DNA from: Octopus bimaculoides
Lineage: Eukaryota
DNA: 64,000 nucleotides
Direction of reading: 5' to 3'
NCBI RefSeq assembly: GCF_001194135.2
Contig: NC_069004.1
Span: 25,137,887 to 25,201,886, forward strand
The position numbers and the translations under genes were made by a program. The number at the start of each line of letters is the position of its first letter. The first letter of the stretch is position 1. The notes beneath the pieces were generated by a model. It did no database searches. It had not been told where the DNA came from and saw only the letters and a program-made list of their open reading frames with translations. Shown here piece after piece: positions 62,767 through 64,000 of the stretch.

Positions 62767-64000
62767 TATTCTAAAATCTCTATAAATACTTGTCCTCGTT
62801 ACCTGACTACCAGAAAGCTGTTAAAATGAGTTAGGGAAGAAGATCAGTATCAATAAATACAACGATGAACACACTTGATAATTATAAATGTATATCTCTG
62901 TTGTCTTTCTGAATGTACCTGCACGTGAGAAAGAGATATAAATGAACTGTGTGTCTGCAACAAATATGCTTACTGCTGTCTCCTATAGTATTTATGGAAG
63001 AGAAAAGTGGCAGGACAGCTAATATGAATGCAATATGTGTGTGAGTGTAGGGGCTGTTTATGTATATATGTATAAGTGAGTGAGAGAGAGAGAGAGAGAG
63101 ATGGAGAGTGGAGAGTGGAGAGGAGATTGTGTTTTAACGGCATGCAAGTGAATCAGAGACTTCTATCGTTATAGGATTTTTCTGGTGAAAGATTTGTCGA
63201 AGCTTATTTATAACGAAAATTATGAATATTCAGAAATGTTGTCTGCCTTTTGTCGTGAAAATAGAACTAGGATTGTGAAATTAGCCGCCACAAATTAAAA
63301 TCATCTGAAATAAATGTCGGGAAGCAGACTTAACAGCTAAAGGGATTTGGTATTTGCAATAAAACTATTACTCTTTATAATTTTGGCACAAGGCCAGAAA
63401 TTTTTATGTGGAGGGTGCAAATCGATTATATCGATCTCAGTTCTCAACTGGTACTTTTTTATCGATACCGAAATTATGAAAGTCAAAGTCGACGTAATAA
63501 GTCGGAAGAGATTTGCAATTAAACATTGCTTCCCAATTTTGACACAAGGCCAGCAATTTTAGGGGAGAGGGTAAGTCGATTACATCGACCTCAGTACTCA
63601 ACTTGTACTTAATTTATCGACCCCGAAACGACCTGCTCGTGAAACTCACGTGCAAGTGAGTGAGCACTTCACAGATACGCGAACCCTTACCGTAGTTATC
63701 AGGAAGACATGTGGAATGGAGCAACGTGAAATAAAATGTCTCGTTCAAGGACATAACATGGCTCTGGGAATCGAACTCACGGCCTTACAATCGTCTGCCG
63801 TTTACACTAACCACTAAACCACACACTTTCCTCATCTTAAAGCCTTAGAGAAATAACTCGGGTTTTAGAGCGACTTTGAGAAAACACTCCAAAGTTTGAA
63901 CGAATCTTAGAAATAAAAACATTTGACATCGAAGCGCTGAATAGAAAGAATTACAGTTTTCTAAGCGGGTTAAGGAATCAATACTGGAGGTGGTTTTTGT

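Noticed and set aside
62808-62822. 15-nt minus-strand micro-exon (aacag|CTTTCTGGTAGTCAG|gtaacg)
   Set aside because: Good splice motifs but no associated gene identified; such matches arise by chance.

Overview
AT-rich, repeat-dense eukaryotic scaffold with many N gaps flanked by dinucleotide microsatellites. The SINE families and repeat landscape point to an octopus (cephalopod) genome, which is an inference. Host gene: six + strand coding exons (40-192, 4535-4619, 11036-11148, 15723-15791, 17018-17086, 17372-17545), none seen by the ORF track. They splice in frame into the 3' end of a single-pass cadherin-related protein: end of one EC repeat, one complete atypical EC repeat, a stalk, a TM helix and a short (~25 aa) tail. 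The rest is transposon debris: Helitron RepHel remnants (one with 23-aa STPR-like repeats), a DD37D maT element with TIRs, several mariner remnants, an RTE LINE piece, a Penelope-like (GIY-YIG) remnant, three tRNA-derived SINE families and several foldback palindromes. The most striking unannotated signal is a set of type-I hammerhead ribozyme (HHR) motifs found by hand. These include a 374-bp tandem dimer with one HHR per unit (retrozyme-like), a head-to-head inverted HHR pair in a cadherin intron, a canonical HHR in a ~550-bp non-coding monomer with an inverted circularly permuted copy, an HHR in the inverted pLTR of the Penelope remnant, and variant or decayed copies, one showing compensatory base changes. 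All structures were folded by eye; none was computed or tested.
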